Below are positions 16,780 to 33,922 of a DNA stretch of 64,000 nt, one piece after another. A model generated the notes under the pieces. It searched no databases and was not told the origin of the DNA. It saw only the letters and a list, made by a program, of their open reading frames with translations. The number at the start of each line of letters is the position of its first letter. The stretch's first letter is position 1. Source of the DNA: the human T2T-CHM13v2.0 reference genome, Homo sapiens; assembly GCF_009914755.1 (NCBI RefSeq), contig NC_060947.1; one strand, 5' to 3'. A program made the translations under genes and the position numbers.

Positions 16780-19510
16780 TTTTTTTAAAAAAGGGTTAGC
16801 TGTATATCGAAACTCTAAATTTATTTATCCCACATAACTGCAAGTTTCCATGTACACATTGACTTATTTCCTCACCCTCACTACTCCTGGTAATCACCAT
16901 TCTACTGTCTATGTATTCAACTTATACATTTTCTTCAGATTTCAGATGTTAGATAACGTAGCATATTTTTTTCTGTGTCTTGCTTATTTCACTTAGTGTA
17001 ATTTCCTTCAGGCTCACCTATGTTGTTACAAATGGCACTATCTTTTGTGAGGCTGAATATTTGTGTGTGTGTGTGTGTGTGTCACAATTTCTTTATCTGT
17101 CAGTGGACACTCAGGTTATTTTCATATCTTGGCTATTATGAATCATAACGCAATGAACATGAGAGTAAGGCTATCTCCACAAGGTTCTGATTTCATTTTC
17201 TGTGGGTCTATACCCAGGAGTGGGATTGTTGGGTCATATGGTAGTTCTATTTTTAACTTTTTGAGGAAACACTCCCAGACAATTTTCCATAATGTCTGCT
17301 CTAATTTACACCGACACCAGCAGTATGTCAGGGTTCCCTTTCCTCCTTGCCTTTACTGGCACTTGTTATCTCATCTTTTAGATAATACTCATCCTAACAG
17401 GTATGAAGTAATACCTTATTATGATTTTGATTTGCATTTCCCTAATAGTGATATTGAGCACGTTTTAATTTCCCTGTTGGCCGTTTGCACATCTTCTTTG
17501 AAAAAAAAAATGTTCAAGTTCTTTCCCAATTTTTTAATTGGGTTATTTAGTTTGTCACTATGGAATTGTGCAAGTTCCTTATATATTTTGGATATTAAAC
17601 CCTTATCAGATATATGTTTTGCAAATATCTACTCATAATCTGTAGGCTGTGTTTTTCTTTTGCTTTCCAGAAGCTTTTTAGATTAATGTAGTTCCACTAG
17701 TTTATTTTTGTTTTCTTGCCTGAAATTTTGATGTGATATTCAAAAAATCCTTGCAAAGGCGACTGTCAGAGAGCTTTTTCCTCTCTGTTTTCTTCTAGGA
17801 GTCTTATGATTTTAGGTCTTATATTTAAGTCTTTAGTCCATTTTCACTTAATTTTTGTGTACAGTATAAGACAAGGGTACAATTTACAACACCATTTATT
17901 GAAGAGACTGTCCTTTCCCCACATATCTTCTTGGTGGTCCTGTCCAAAATTAGTTGATTATATAGGCTTAGGTTTATTTGTGAGATCTCTATTCTGTTCC
18001 ATCAGTTTATGTGTCTGTTTTTATGGCATTACAATACTCTTTTTAATACTGTAGATTTATGATATAATTTCAAATCCAAAGAGCAGTATTTCCAACTTTT
18101 TTTTCCTCAAGATTGTTCTGGCTATTTGGGATTTCATGTAAGTTTTATAATGCTCTTTTATTTCTGTGAAAAAAAATGCCATTTAGATTTTCACAGGGAT
18201 TACATTAAATTTGTACAGTCAACCTTCTATTTCCACGGATGCAACTGTAGACCAGAAATAATCAAAAATAGAACAAAAAACTCAATACAACAACAAAAAA
18301 TATTAATACAAGTAAAAATAATATATGGTAACAACTATTTCTATAGCATTTACATTGTATTAGGTGTAATAACAAATAATCGATAGATGTTTTAAAGTAT
18401 ATAGGGGGGTGTGCATAGGTATATGCAAATACTATGCCATTTTGTATAAGGGATTTAAGCATCTTTGGATTTTGGTATCCACTGGCATCCTGGAACCCAT
18501 GTCCCGTGGATACCAAGGGACAGCTATATATCCATTTGGGTAGTATGGAAATTTTAACAATATTACTTCTTCCAGTCTACAAACATGGGATATTTTCCCA
18601 TATATTTACCTTTTAATTTGTTCCTCAATGTTTTATAGTTTTGGTTGTACGTATTTTTCACTTTCTTCTTTAAATTGGGTCTTAAATATTTTATTCTATG
18701 TTATCATAAATAGAATTTTTTAAAATTTTTTGGATATCTTTTGCATAAAAATGCAACTAATTTTATGTTGATTTTGTATTCCACTACTTACTGAACTCAT
18801 TTATTAGTTCTAACATTTTTCTTGTGGAGTCCTTAGGGGTTTCTACATATACGATCATACCATTTGCAAACAGAAATAATATTACTTCTTCCTTTCAGAT
18901 GTGAAAGCCTTTTATTAATTTTGTCTCACTGCTCCTGCTAGTATTTTTGGTACTATGACAAATGGAAGTGGTAAGAGTGGGCATCCTTGCTTTTTAGCAA
19001 ATCTTAAGGGGAAAGCTTTCAGTACAACCACCCCACAACCACCGTTGATCATATTAGCTATAGGCTTTTCATAAATAGCCTTGATGTTGAGGAAATTTCC
19101 TTCCATACATATTTTGCGAAGAGTTATAATAATAAAAGGATGTTTAGCTTTATCAAATGCTTTTTCTGCATGTATTGAGATAATCATGTGGTTTTTCATC
19201 TTTCTGTTAATGTAGTATGTCGCATTGATTGATTTGTGTATGTTAAACCAACCTTGTGTCCTAGGGCTAAACCCACCTGGTCACGGTTTATAATCCAATG
19301 TGTTATTTGTCTTGCTAATACTTTATTGAGGACTTTCACATCTATATTCCTCCTAGATATTGGCATATATATATTTTCTTCTCTTGCGGTGTCTGTTTGA
19401 CTTTCGTATTTAGGGTGATGCTGAAGTCATAAATGGCTTTGGAGGTATTTCCTCTTCTATTATTTAGAAGATTTTAAGAACAAATGGTATAAATTACTCT
19501 TTAAATGTTT
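16780..19510 (-). mobile_element. Old L1MA/L1MB element (~2.7 kb; 3'UTR plus part of ORF2), interrupted by MER2
   Basis: Minus ORF 18915-19199 [17 protein letters not shown] is degenerate L1 RT; antisense L1 3'UTR near 16800-17250. Confidence 0.88.
18216..18526 (-). mobile_element. MER2 (Tigger family) DNA transposon
   Basis: Reverse complement of the MER2 5' half (ggataccaaaatcc...gtatttgcatatacc); TA flanks; L1 continues on both sides. Confidence 0.85.
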
Positions 19511-19514
19511 GGAA

Positions 19515-20035
19515 GAAATGAGGAGAAGTAGGTCAAAGGACACAAACTTGAAGTTATATTGGATAAATAAATCTCGATAACTGCTTAGTATGATGACTAC
19601 AGTTAATGGCATTGTATTGTACACTGAACATTAGCTAAGAAAAGAGACTTTAGGTATTCTTACCATACCAAAACAGTTATTATGGAAGATAATGGATAGG
19701 ATAATTTGGTTGAATTCAGTAATCATTTCATTATGTCTATGTATATCGTAACATCTTGTACCCCTTAAATCAGGGGTATGTAATCTTTTGGCTTCCTTAG
19801 GCTCCATTTGAAGAATAATTATCTTAGGCCACACCTAAAATACACTAACACTAACAATAGCTAATCAACTAAAAAAAAAAACCTGCAAAAAAATCTCATA
19901 ATGTTTTAAGAAAGTGGGTGAATTACAGTTAGGCTGCATTCAAAGCTGTCCTGGGCCACATGTAGCCCATGGGCTGTGAGTTGGACAAGGTTGCCTTAAG
20001 TACATCCAGTAAAAGAATAAAAACTAAAACTAAAA
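19515..20035 (+). mobile_element. L1MA-like 3' end, interrupted by MER30
   Basis: gtaggtcaaaggacacaaac...gactacagttaat...gctaaga; A-rich tail after 20001. Confidence 0.75.
19771..19993 (+). mobile_element. MER30 (hAT-Charlie) DNA transposon
   Basis: caggggt...ttggacaaggttg termini; 8-bp TSD ccttaaat / ccttaagt. Confidence 0.88.
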
Positions 20036-21394
20036 TAATTAGCACATATTGTTGTATTTCAAATGATGACAATTAGATTCGACAGTTGACAAGTCAAATA
20101 TAATACATTTAAATGGTGCAATTCTACTTCTTGAGGAAATCCTTTCAAAAAATTGGTCCAACTGGAATGTATAAATATACAATTAAGAATTGTGCATTTA
20201 AAATCAAAAGTAATAATAAACTCTAAATTAAATCAGACTTTTTTGCTGAAACTAAACGAGGTGAATAAAATAGGTGAAGTGAACCTAATTTATAAGGCTG
20301 TTATGGCTCAAATTCTTCAAATAAATTTCTGTTCAGTTCTTATCATTTTCATAAAGTTGATTTATGAGGAACTATGCAAATCTAGAGTAGTCTACTAAAG
20401 TCTGCTTTTTATATGCTTATTTCACACAAAATGGTTATTGACCATATGTATTTTGTCTAGGCCCTTACCAAGAGGAGCTGTTAACATAATTGATTTACAA
20501 TTCAGTTAGGAAGAAAACATGTTAAAGCTAATTTTACTCTGAAACAATAAATCAACCCAATGTGAAGTATATCACAGCCCATAAAATGAACAGTGATCCA
20601 ATTGTACAGTTGAACCATGTAGCTCACATATCCCATGGCACTTAAAATCTTCATCCAGTCATTAAATAAGTCTCAAGATCCAAAAGATTTACATAAGCAC
20701 AACTGAATAACTTTATTAGCTCTTCTCTTCTGGGTTTATAATGATGAACTAAAAATACTAACCTGTTATAAATTACATCAGTAATCTTTCAGCTCTTTTT
20801 CTCATCATATTATAAATTTACAATGTTACTGAGATTAAAAAATGTTTATCATATGTTAATTATTTGCATGATCTTTAGCATTTTTAAACAATGGAAAAAA
20901 GAGAGCTACCAAAACCAGAGTTGTGTTCTTGGCATCAGAAAGCTCTAGTAAACATCAAATAAACTTTAACAGCTTAGTGCGTAAATAACACAGCCTCAAG
21001 TACAACACCTTAGCCACAGATAGTACTTAATAAATAGTCATTGTTTGGTTGTATCTGTGTAACACAACAGAAGAAAGTATACAATCCTAATCCTTGCTTT
21101 AGAATCTAGACATTGTTTTCTTAGCCATTTCTGCAATAACAGTTAAAATAAACGTACCAGCATTTCTGGTAAAGACTCTAATATATAAGGGTGTTCCAGA
21201 AATTTCAATATACTAGATTTGACAGTATGGCTTGAGAGAGGGATCCCACTGCTGAGCATTCTCTGCCTCTCATATCATGGATCATAGTCACTTATGAAAT
21301 TTTATCTATAATATTGTAGTCCATAGGTATATATATGTATATGCATGCATGTGTTTATATACATGCTATGATTCTACAAAATACTTGACATCTT

Positions 21395-21995
21395 TAATGA
21401 CCGCCTATAAAGATACACATGGGCTGAAAATGGATGAAAAAAGATATTCCATGCCAATGGAAACCAAAAAACAGCAGAAGTGGCTGTACTTTTTTCAGAC
21501 AGAACAGATTTCAAGACAAAAACAAAGAGTCAAAAAAGGTCATTATATAATGAGAAAGGGGTCAATTCAGCAAAAGGATACAACAATTGCAAATATTTAG
21601 GCACCCAACACTGGAGCACCCAGATAAATAAAGCAAATATTATTAGAGCTAAAGAGAGAGAGAGATCTCAACTCAAAGGCTGAGTAGGGTACTAGGGGGT
21701 GGAGGTAAGCTGGGGTTGGTTAATGGGTACAAAAATTCCTTAGAAAGAATAAAACATAGTATTTGCGAGCACAGCAAGGTGACTATACTCAATAATTTAA
21801 CTGTACATTTTATAATAACTCAGTATCATTGGATTGTTTATAACACAAAGGATAAATGCTTGAGTGGATGGATACCCCATTCTCCATGTGATTATTATTT
21901 ACTGCATGCCTTTATCAAAGTATCTCATGTACTGTCTCTCTCTTTCTATACATATATACACATACAAACTATGTACCCACAAAAATTTAAAAAAT
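21395..21995 (+). mobile_element. L1MA1-3-like remnant: endonuclease-coding fragment fused to the 3'UTR
   Basis: 21395-21665 encodes EN-like YKDTHGLK / KKGHYIMRKGSIQQKD; 21670-21995 is L1MA 3'UTR ending tatgtacccacaaaaatttaaaaa. Confidence 0.8.
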
Positions 21996-24900
21996 TCCCC
22001 TGGAATATATGCAATTTCTAATAGGTATATCTCTTAATCTAAATAATGTTTTGAACATTCTCATATACTTTTATCCAATATATATGTTACAAATTTATTA
22101 CAGCTGAAGAATCTACGCAATCTTAACTTTCTATGGAGGCAATGACACTACTATAAACTATTTATGACACTGCGGGGTTAGCAAATCAACCCATGAACAA
22201 ATGTCATTTTCTCTTTTGATCATATTATTAGTTCGATAGATAAGGTCATATTCACAATGTAGCTTATCAATGTCTCCCATAATAAATTCACAGACAAAAT
22301 TTTGAATCTGTACTAAAATATAGTATTTTAAAAACACACATGTGGCAGCACACCCTATCCAAAAAGTGATGGCAAATGGCCTTGTGTCAGTTTAAAGTTA
22401 TATCTACTTGATGGTCATGTGACTCTCATTTGGACTGCTTCCACCAAATATACCTTGCCAATGATCTTGGATCTTAAGGCATAAAAATACAGCTATTATA
22501 ATAAAATATTTTACTCTCCTGGAAAGGGTAGCTTTTACTCTTTGTAATAAAATTCAGCTATGGATGTCTTAGCTATAATAATATCGAAACCAGTAAGATA
22601 AAATTTAACAGATCACCTTTAAGTCTGAAATTAATATTGGAAAGAGCAGTTATAAGGACTGCATGGGTTTATAAATTATTTGTGGGAAGTTTTTTTTATT
22701 ATTTATGACTGACATGATAATTATACATATTTATGGGGTCCAACACAATGTTTCTACACACAGACATTGGATGTGCTAATTACCCTGAATTAATTATCAC
22801 ATATTCAAAGAAATTATAAATATATAAGATGATGGATTCAGATATTATTTGAGAATCAAGGCAATTCAAATTCTAGGCCTAACGTTTACTAGATGTAGGA
22901 GCTATGACTACCATGACGATAAAGGACACCAAAAGTGAGCCCAATAATAAAGGCTGTGGGTATTCATCTTGGAGATGGTAGATTCATAAAGACCTTTTCA
23001 AATGGTTAAAGGCAGTCATGGTTCCTCTAGGTTGAAGTAAAATCAATGTGTGAATGTTACAAAGATACTGATGCTTCTTTAATGTGACAAATTTTAGGCA
23101 TGATATCATCTTTAATAATTATAATAGACTAGCAAAAAAAAGATCTGCTTCAGAAACACTTCCAACTGGTACAAAAATTCAGTTAGTGAATGCATAGATA
23201 TCTCTAATCTGCACTAGAGAAGGTAATCTGCCCAGATTGGCTTAGATTACACATTGTGTCTTATGTTCGCACACATTATCTCATTTGCTCCTCAAAAAAT
23301 ACTAAAGTAGGTGGAACAAGAACTATATAGAGATGAATTCATTGAGACTTGTATAAAAATGGTTTCACGAGACCATTGAGTTTATAACAGAGCAGAACTC
23401 TAAATTCTGATTAATGTTCAAGCAACTGACTAGACCACCTTCTAAATTCATTTACTAGAGTCCTGCTTACACCTCTATAATCACCTTAATTAATTTTTCT
23501 ATATCAGGCCTCTGCTTGCATTGATATTATTGGTCCCTTCAGTGAATAATAAAATACTTGACGTTCCTATGCTGAATTTTTAGAACCAATATTTCCTTAG
23601 GAAAATATCCGGAAACATGACTTTCCTAATTTAGGATACATGTTACTGCGTCATAACAACAAATGTGTTAAAAGTATTTGTTGATGATTTTCTCTTAAAT
23701 ATAAAGGTTTCTATGATGTATATATACACACATATACATGTATATACATACACATACACACATATACATATTAGCCTTTAAAATATATTCCAATTCACTT
23801 TTATTTACCAAATTAGACTGCTGTAAAACATGATTACTAGAAAATGTACCACACAAAACTCTGATCACTCTGATCATACTTTTGTTTTTAATTTAACTTT
23901 TTTTGTAATTTAATCTCCATAGTTTATAAAGGGCATTACTGCTTGTCAGGAAAAAATGAGCTTGTATTTCTCAGCTGTGTGTAAATTACATGCATTTTAT
24001 ATTTTTTAGGCAAGGCCTCTATCAATCAATATTTTCAGAAAATGACACTCCTCAGTTAGGCAGGGATTGTTACTGAAGCTGATAAATGTTTACTCTTCAT
24101 TGGAGACTGACAAATAGCATATGACATAGACTACTCTTATGCTCTTACACTGCTTGTACTAAAACTTGTCTAGAAATATAAAATTCAAAAATGTGATTTT
24201 CATGTAAAACTGCTTTCAAATTTCTTGTTAGGAAGCTTGCCAGACACTCCAGAGTAACATTTTGTGAAGCAAGTCAGTATTACACGCATAAGTAAATGAA
24301 GTAGAGATTTAAACAAAAATACAACCCAATGTTGTAATACAGGCAAAATATAATATTTTTAAATGATCACCATGTGAGGTCTATATTCAAATGTCTTTTC
24401 ATAAATGGAGTCCAGGCACTCTTTGTAGTTTATCAAGAGCAGGTTTAACAGCAGTAGTTTCCACAAAGCAGGCTGAAGTCATTTAATCCATGGCTGCTTT
24501 TTATACGCAGCTGCTTTATTTGAGCTTAGAGAGGAGTAGACCACATAAATGTCATGTTAATATTCTAAAGTGAGTTAAATTGTGTTAGCAACAAAGCTTG
24601 TCTTATCAGACATTTCACCTTGGCCTATGAGAAAATGTGATAGTTATGGTATTAATTGATATTAATCAGTAAGGCAGATATCTTTGGGAATATAATGCAT
24701 AGAAAATAGTATTTTCTTCCTCTTCTTCTTCCTGTATTTTTTTGAATCTCTTGGCTTCAGTGAGAACTTCCTGTTGGATTTATTCTTATCTTTCCTTAAT
24801 TGTTTAATTTTCTTCTTTCCACAGTTCTTAAACTGAAGAAGGCCTGACGTTGGCCATAGCCACTTAAACACTGTTAGTCTTTCCATCTTGCCATGCCAAA

Positions 24901-25076
24901 CTGAAATACTTTTACCTATCCACTCATTTAGTAAATATTTACTCAGTGTCTACCATTTTCCAACTACCACAAAAGGTGCTAGGGCGCAATTATGAACAAA
25001 GAAGTCAGCAGATACTTTTTTCACAGAGCTTACAGTACAGCAAACGGGCAACACGTGTAAGCAAGTAAGTTCAATA

Positions 25077-25313
25077 CAGGTTGAACATCCCTAATAGGAA
25101 AATTTGAAATCTGAAATGCTACAAAATCTGTAATTTTTTGAGTAACTACACGATCATTTTTAAGGGAAATCCTTATTGAATCATTTCGGATTTCAGATTT
25201 TCAGATTATGGATGCTCAACTCGTATGTATAATAAAGATATTCCAAACTGAAAATATCCAAAATCCAAAACACTTCTGGTCCCAAGCATTTTGGATAAGG
25301 GATACTCAACATA
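25077..25313. mobile_element. MER46A/Tigger4a DNA transposon
   Basis: TIRs caggttgaacatccctaat...ataagggatactcaacata; TA flanks; ~237 bp. Confidence 0.85.
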
Positions 25314-26049
25314 TATTTTGGGGCAAGTTTTATTATAGGGAAAGCTAACATTGCCCAATATTTAGTCTTGAGGCACAAAGTCAACCATTAATGTAGCACT
25401 TCAGCTTTGGAAACATTTCATGTTAATGAATATTTTGGCTGATTTTTCTATGTATGTATCTTCTGCCTCTTTTCAAACACTGATTCATGGTAGCTTGGCA
25501 AGCTGAATGATTCTCCAAGAGGAGTATTATATGCTTCAATGTCTTATCTTAACCACCCCCCCAATCTATCTTTAACATTTCCACATTTCATATATCATCT
25601 CAGCAGATTTCTACCCTTGTAAGTTTTTGTTAAAAAGAAATATGCCAAATTTAATAGAGTATCATAGATGAAGAAGTGTATATTTGTATACTTATGTCTC
25701 TTAAGGAGCTTTTTATACTAAGAAATTCAGAAAACTACATGTTCTGGTTCTTTCTTTAATAATTAAATATGTGTGTTATTCTTTTGACTTTCCTATCAAA
25801 GTAAAAACGTTGTCTCAGCAGGGCATTCAACATATCTTAACCATTCACCATAGTACTGACTATGTAATAAACAATTTTCTAAATGTACTAGCAAAACTAA
25901 AGCATATATAGTAGCACAGCCTCTGCTCTATATGACCATGGTCCAGGAGGTATACTTAAGAGTTGGTTAAATATTTATAGCTGAGTTAGTCATGTTTTTG
26001 GCTTTGGGAAACTGCAGTGTTCAGATCCCCACTGTTAAAATGTAACGTG

Positions 26050-26359
26050 GGCCAGGCACAATGGTTCACATTCCTAATCTCAGCATTTTCGGAGGCTGAG
26101 GCAGGAGGATCGCTTGAGGCCAGGAGTTTGAGACCAACCGGGGCAATGAAGCAAGACCCTGTCTCTACAAAATAACAATAAAAAATTGTTTAAATGTACC
26201 TCTGCATTGTGTTGTACACCTGCAATTCTAGTTACTCAGGAGGCTGAGCTAGAAGGATCACTTGACTCAGGAGTTGGAGGCCTGTGGTAAGCTACGACTG
26301 TGCTAGTGCACTCCAGCCTGGGCAAAAGAGTAATATCTTGTCTCTTAAAATAAATAAAA
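26050..26359 (+). mobile_element. AluJ SINE
   Basis: ggatcgcttgaggccaggagtttgagacc (J-type); degenerate TSD aaaatgtaa. Confidence 0.9.
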
Positions 26360-26419
26360 TGTAATGGTGCCATAAGTAAATGCATAGATATGTGATCCAA
26401 TCCATGAGTTTTAAAATAT

Positions 26420-26882
26420 GTCAGGTAACACCAAAGTAGGACACAAAAACAATTTGAATGTTTATGAAAAAGAGTACTTCAACAGGAAGTAGACTTAGAG
26501 AGCCATAGGACAGAAGAGTGTCTTCCTAGGCAATAGGAATGACGTTGAATCACATTTTGGAAATAGTAAGATGTTTGCCCTAGGAATAAGCTTAAAGTAG
26601 TAAGAGATAAGACTAAAAGAAAGGACAGGACTAGAAAGCCTATGAAAAATATTAGTAACTACTGAGTTTGGAATCTTTAATATAGGTAGTGGGAGCCACT
26701 AAATATTTTGAATAATGAAGTTACATGATGAAATTAGTATTTTATTAAGAGTGTGGAGGCTATGTATTCAATAGATTCAAATATGAAAGAGATGGGAGAT
26801 ACAGAAAATTTTCAGCCATGAGCAGAAAAAGAGTAGGAATAGAGCCTACCAGTGGGAAAATTAAAACTTGAAATATTGGATC
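26420..26882 (-). mobile_element. Old L2 fragment, the target of the L1 insertion; appears to resume after 33936
   Basis: Purine-rich antisense L2-like sequence (gagtttggaatc...gtgggagccact...catgat). Confidence 0.55.
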
Positions 26883-26897
26883 AGAAATCTGATTTGA

Positions 26898-27803
26898 GAG
26901 GAGGAGCCAAGATGGCCGAATAGGAACAGCTCCGGTCTACAGCTCCCAGAGTGAGCGACGCAGAAGACGGGTGATTTCTGCATTTCCATCTGAGGTACCA
27001 GGTTCATCTCACTAGGGAGTGCCAGACAGTGGGCGCAGCTCAGTGGGTGCGTGCACCGTGCGCGAGCCGAAGCAGGGTGAGGCATTGCCTCACTCGGGAA
27101 GTGCAAGGGGTCAGGGAGTTCCCTTTCCTAGTCAAAGAAAGGGGTGACGGACAGCACCTGGAAAATCGGGTCACACCCACCCGAATACTGCGTGTTTCCG
27201 ACGGGCTTAAAAAACGGCACACCAGGAGATTATATCCTGCATCTGGCTCGGAGGGTCCTACCCCAACGGAATCTCGCTGATTGCTAGCACAGCAGTCTGA
27301 GATCAAACTGCAAGGTGGCAGCAAGGCTGGGGGAGGGGCACCCGCCATTGCCTAGGCTTGATTAGGTAAACAAAGCAGCTGGGAAGCTTGAACTGGGTGG
27401 AGCCCACCACAACTCAAGGAGGCCTGCCTGCCTCTGTAGGCTCCACCTCTGAGGGCAGGGCACAGACAAACAAAAAGACAGCAGTAACCTCTGCAGATTT
27501 AAATATCCCTGTCTGACAGCTTTGAAGAGAGCAGTGGTTCTCCCAGTACGCAGCTGGAGATCTGAGAAGGGGCAGACTGCCTCCTCAAGTGGGTGCCTGA
27601 CCCCTGACCCCCGAGCACCCTAACTGGGAGGCACTCCCCAAAAGGGGCATACTGACACCTCACACGGCAGGGTACTCCAACAGACCTGCAGCTGAGGGTC
27701 CTGTCTGTTAGAAGGAAAACTAACAAACAGAAAGGACATCCACACAAAAAACCCATCTGGACGTCACCATCATCAAAGTCCAAAAGTAGATAAAACCACA
27801 AAG
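26898..27803 (+). promoter_or_regulatory. L1 5'UTR internal sense promoter and antisense promoter
   Basis: YY1 site caagatggcc at 26908-26917; CpG-rich first ~400 bp; established L1PA 5'UTR architecture. Confidence 0.85.
27040..27348 (-). CDS. L1 antisense ORF0, 102-aa variant
   Basis: MAGAPPPALLPPCSLISDCCASNQRDSVGVGPSEP matches the ORF0p N-terminus; the C-terminus differs from, and is longer than, the 71-aa L1HS form. Confidence 0.8.
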   Translation of the reverse strand: MAGAPPPALLPPCSLISDCCASNQRDSVGVGPSEPDAGYNLLVCRFLSPSETRSIRVGVTRFSRCCPSPLSLTRKGNSLTPCTSRVRQCLTLLRLAHGARTH

Positions 27804-28820
27804 ATGGGGAAGAAACAGAGCAGAAAAACTGGAAACTCTAAAAAGCAGAGCACCTCTCCTCCTCCAAAGGAACACAGTTCCTCACTAGCAACGGAACAAA
27901 GCTGGAGAGAGGATGACTTTGACGAGCTGAGAGAAGAAGGCTTCAGACGATCAAATTACTCTGAGCTACGGGAGGACATTCAAACCAAAGGCAAAGAAGT
28001 TGAAAACTTTGAAAAACATTTAGAAGAATGTATAAGTAGAATAACCATTACAGAGAAGTGCTTAAAGGAGCTGATGGAGCTGAAAACCAAGGCTAGAGAA
28101 GTACGTGAAGAATGCAGAAGCCTCAGGAGCCGATGCGATCAACTGGAAGAAAGGGTATCAGTGATGGAAGATGAAATTAATGAAATGAACCGAGAAGGGA
28201 AGTTTAGAGGAAAAAGAATAAAAAGAAATGAGCAAAGCCTCCAAGAAATATGGGACTATGTGAAAAGACCAAATCTACGTCTGATTGGTGTACCTGAAAG
28301 TGATGGGGAGAATGGAACCAATTTGGAAAACACTCTGCAGGATATTATCCAGGAGAACTTCCCCAATCTAGCAAGGCAGGCCAACATTCAGATTCAGGAA
28401 ATACAGAGAATGCCACAAAGATACTCCTCGAGAAGAGCAACTCCAAGACACATAATTGTCAGATTCACCAAAGTTGAAATGAAGGAAAAAGTGTTAAGGG
28501 CAGCCAGAGAGAAAGGTCGGGTTACCCTCAAAGGGAAGCCCATCACACTAACAGCGGATCTCTCGGCAGACACCCTACAAGCCAGAAGAGAGTGGGGGCC
28601 AATATTCAACATTCTTAAAGAAAAGAATTTTCAACCCAGAATTTCACATCCAGGCAAACTAAGCTTCATAAGTAAAGGAGAAATAAAATACTCTACAGAC
28701 AAGCAAATGCTGAGAGATTTTGTCACCACCAGGCCTGCCCTAAAAGAGCTCCTGAAGGAAGCGCTAAACATGGAAAGGAACAACCGGTACCAGCCGCTGC
28801 AAAATCATGCCAAAATGTAA
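27804..28820 (+). CDS. L1 ORF1p, 338 aa, open reading frame
   Basis: MGKKQSRKTGNSK...QPLQNHAKM; REKG and ARR motifs intact; YPAKLS changed to HPGKLS. Confidence 0.95.
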   Translation: MGKKQSRKTGNSKKQSTSPPPKEHSSSLATEQSWREDDFDELREEGFRRSNYSELREDIQTKGKEVENFEKHLEECISRITITEKCLKELMELKTKAREVREECRSLRSRCDQLEERVSVMEDEINEMNREGKFRGKRIKRNEQSLQEIWDYVKRPNLRLIGVPESDGENGTNLENTLQDIIQENFPNLARQANIQIQEIQRMPQRYSSRRATPRHIIVRFTKVEMKEKVLRAAREKGRVTLKGKPITLTADLSADTLQARREWGPIFNILKEKNFQPRISHPGKLSFISKGEIKYSTDKQMLRDFVTTRPALKELLKEALNMERNNRYQPLQNHAKM

Positions 28821-28856
28821 AGACCATTGAGACTAGGAAGAAACTGCATCAACTAA

Positions 28857-32710
<3,854 letters not shown>

Positions 32711-32932
32711 ACAATGAGAACACATGGACACAGGAAGGGGAACACCACACTCTGGGGACTGTGGTGGGGTGGGGGGAGGGGGTAGGGATAGCACTGGGAG
32801 ATTTATCTAATGCTAGATGACGAGTTAGTGGGTGCAGCGCACCAGCATGGCACATGTATACGTATGTAACTAACCTGCACAATGTGCACATGTACCCTAA
32901 AGCTTAAAGTATAATAATAAAAGAAAAAAAAA

Positions 32933-33922
32933 CTTAAAAATTTCAGCAAACCAAAATGTTTGTTAAAATAACCATTAACCACATATATATCCAAATATTC
33001 ATTATATATAAAAAATTTCTTTAAAATATCATGCTCATAAATAGAGTAAGTTTTAATTAACAGGAAAATTGTTTCATATGTTATTATCTTTACCAAAAAA
33101 TAAAAATCACCACCACCACCACCAACAGCAACAACAAAAGGGGGGGGACATAAAATCTATATAATTTTTTTTTTCTTGAAAACTCAGCCCAAATGGCCAC
33201 CTGGTGCTTCAAGACGTGAAGTGTGAATACATGTTTCACTTGGAATAAAATAATATCTTTTCTTATTTACATCCAGATTTCAAACTCCATTTTACCTTGA
33301 ACACAAAGTAATGTGATTTAGTGTGAGGAAAGAAAGGAAAGCTTTTTCTATGAAAATGACTATTTTATGGTATTTTCTAATAATTAGGTCTTATAAAACT
33401 TCCCCAATGTTTTTACTACAATGCTGGTAGACCACAGCCAGTCTGTCTTGCTCCAGGATTTCTGATGATCTTATTCCATTAAAAAAAAAGACTCCACAAG
33501 TCTTGAAAACTAAACTATATTAGCATGTAGTTTTGGGTTGATACAAACTTCTCTCAGCTGCATTCCCATTAGATAAAACTGAATGATGCATTGGAAACTT
33601 GGAAATTAAAAACATGTATCTGTGGCAGAAAGATAATACTGCACACACCATTTTTCTTTTTGCTGCTTCACTAAATCAGTTGATGCTGAACACGCAATAA
33701 GGTGTATAGGCCAGGCCCACAGCTCCTTTTGGTCAGGTGCAATTAGGAACTAATGTTAACTGTCTTCTAATGCGTTACATCAATAGTACATGAATGAGTA
33801 ATAAGCTCTAACTTTTGCAAAATATGTGAACAAATTGATCTACTACTCACAAACTCATTATCCAACAAATTTATTTTTGCCCTCACAAAAAATAAACTTA
33901 TAACTGACAAAAAAATAAAAAA
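32933..33922 (+). other. L1 3'-transduced sequence (~976 bp) with its own poly(A) tail
   Basis: Lies between the L1 poly(A) and the 3' TSD agaaatctgatttga (33922-33936, identical to 26883-26897). Confidence 0.9.
33891..33896 (+). terminator. Polyadenylation signal used by the read-through L1 transcript
   Basis: AATAAA 12 nt upstream of the A-tract 33909-33922, which begins at a CA dinucleotide. Confidence 0.8.

Noticed and set aside
17063-17638. 191-aa ORF
   Set aside because: Antisense reading of an old L1, starting in a (TG)n repeat
24825-24872. Plus-strand 48-nt exon-like segment with a strong acceptor
   Set aside because: Stops in all three frames and a weak donor; a non-coding exon cannot be excluded but is unsupported
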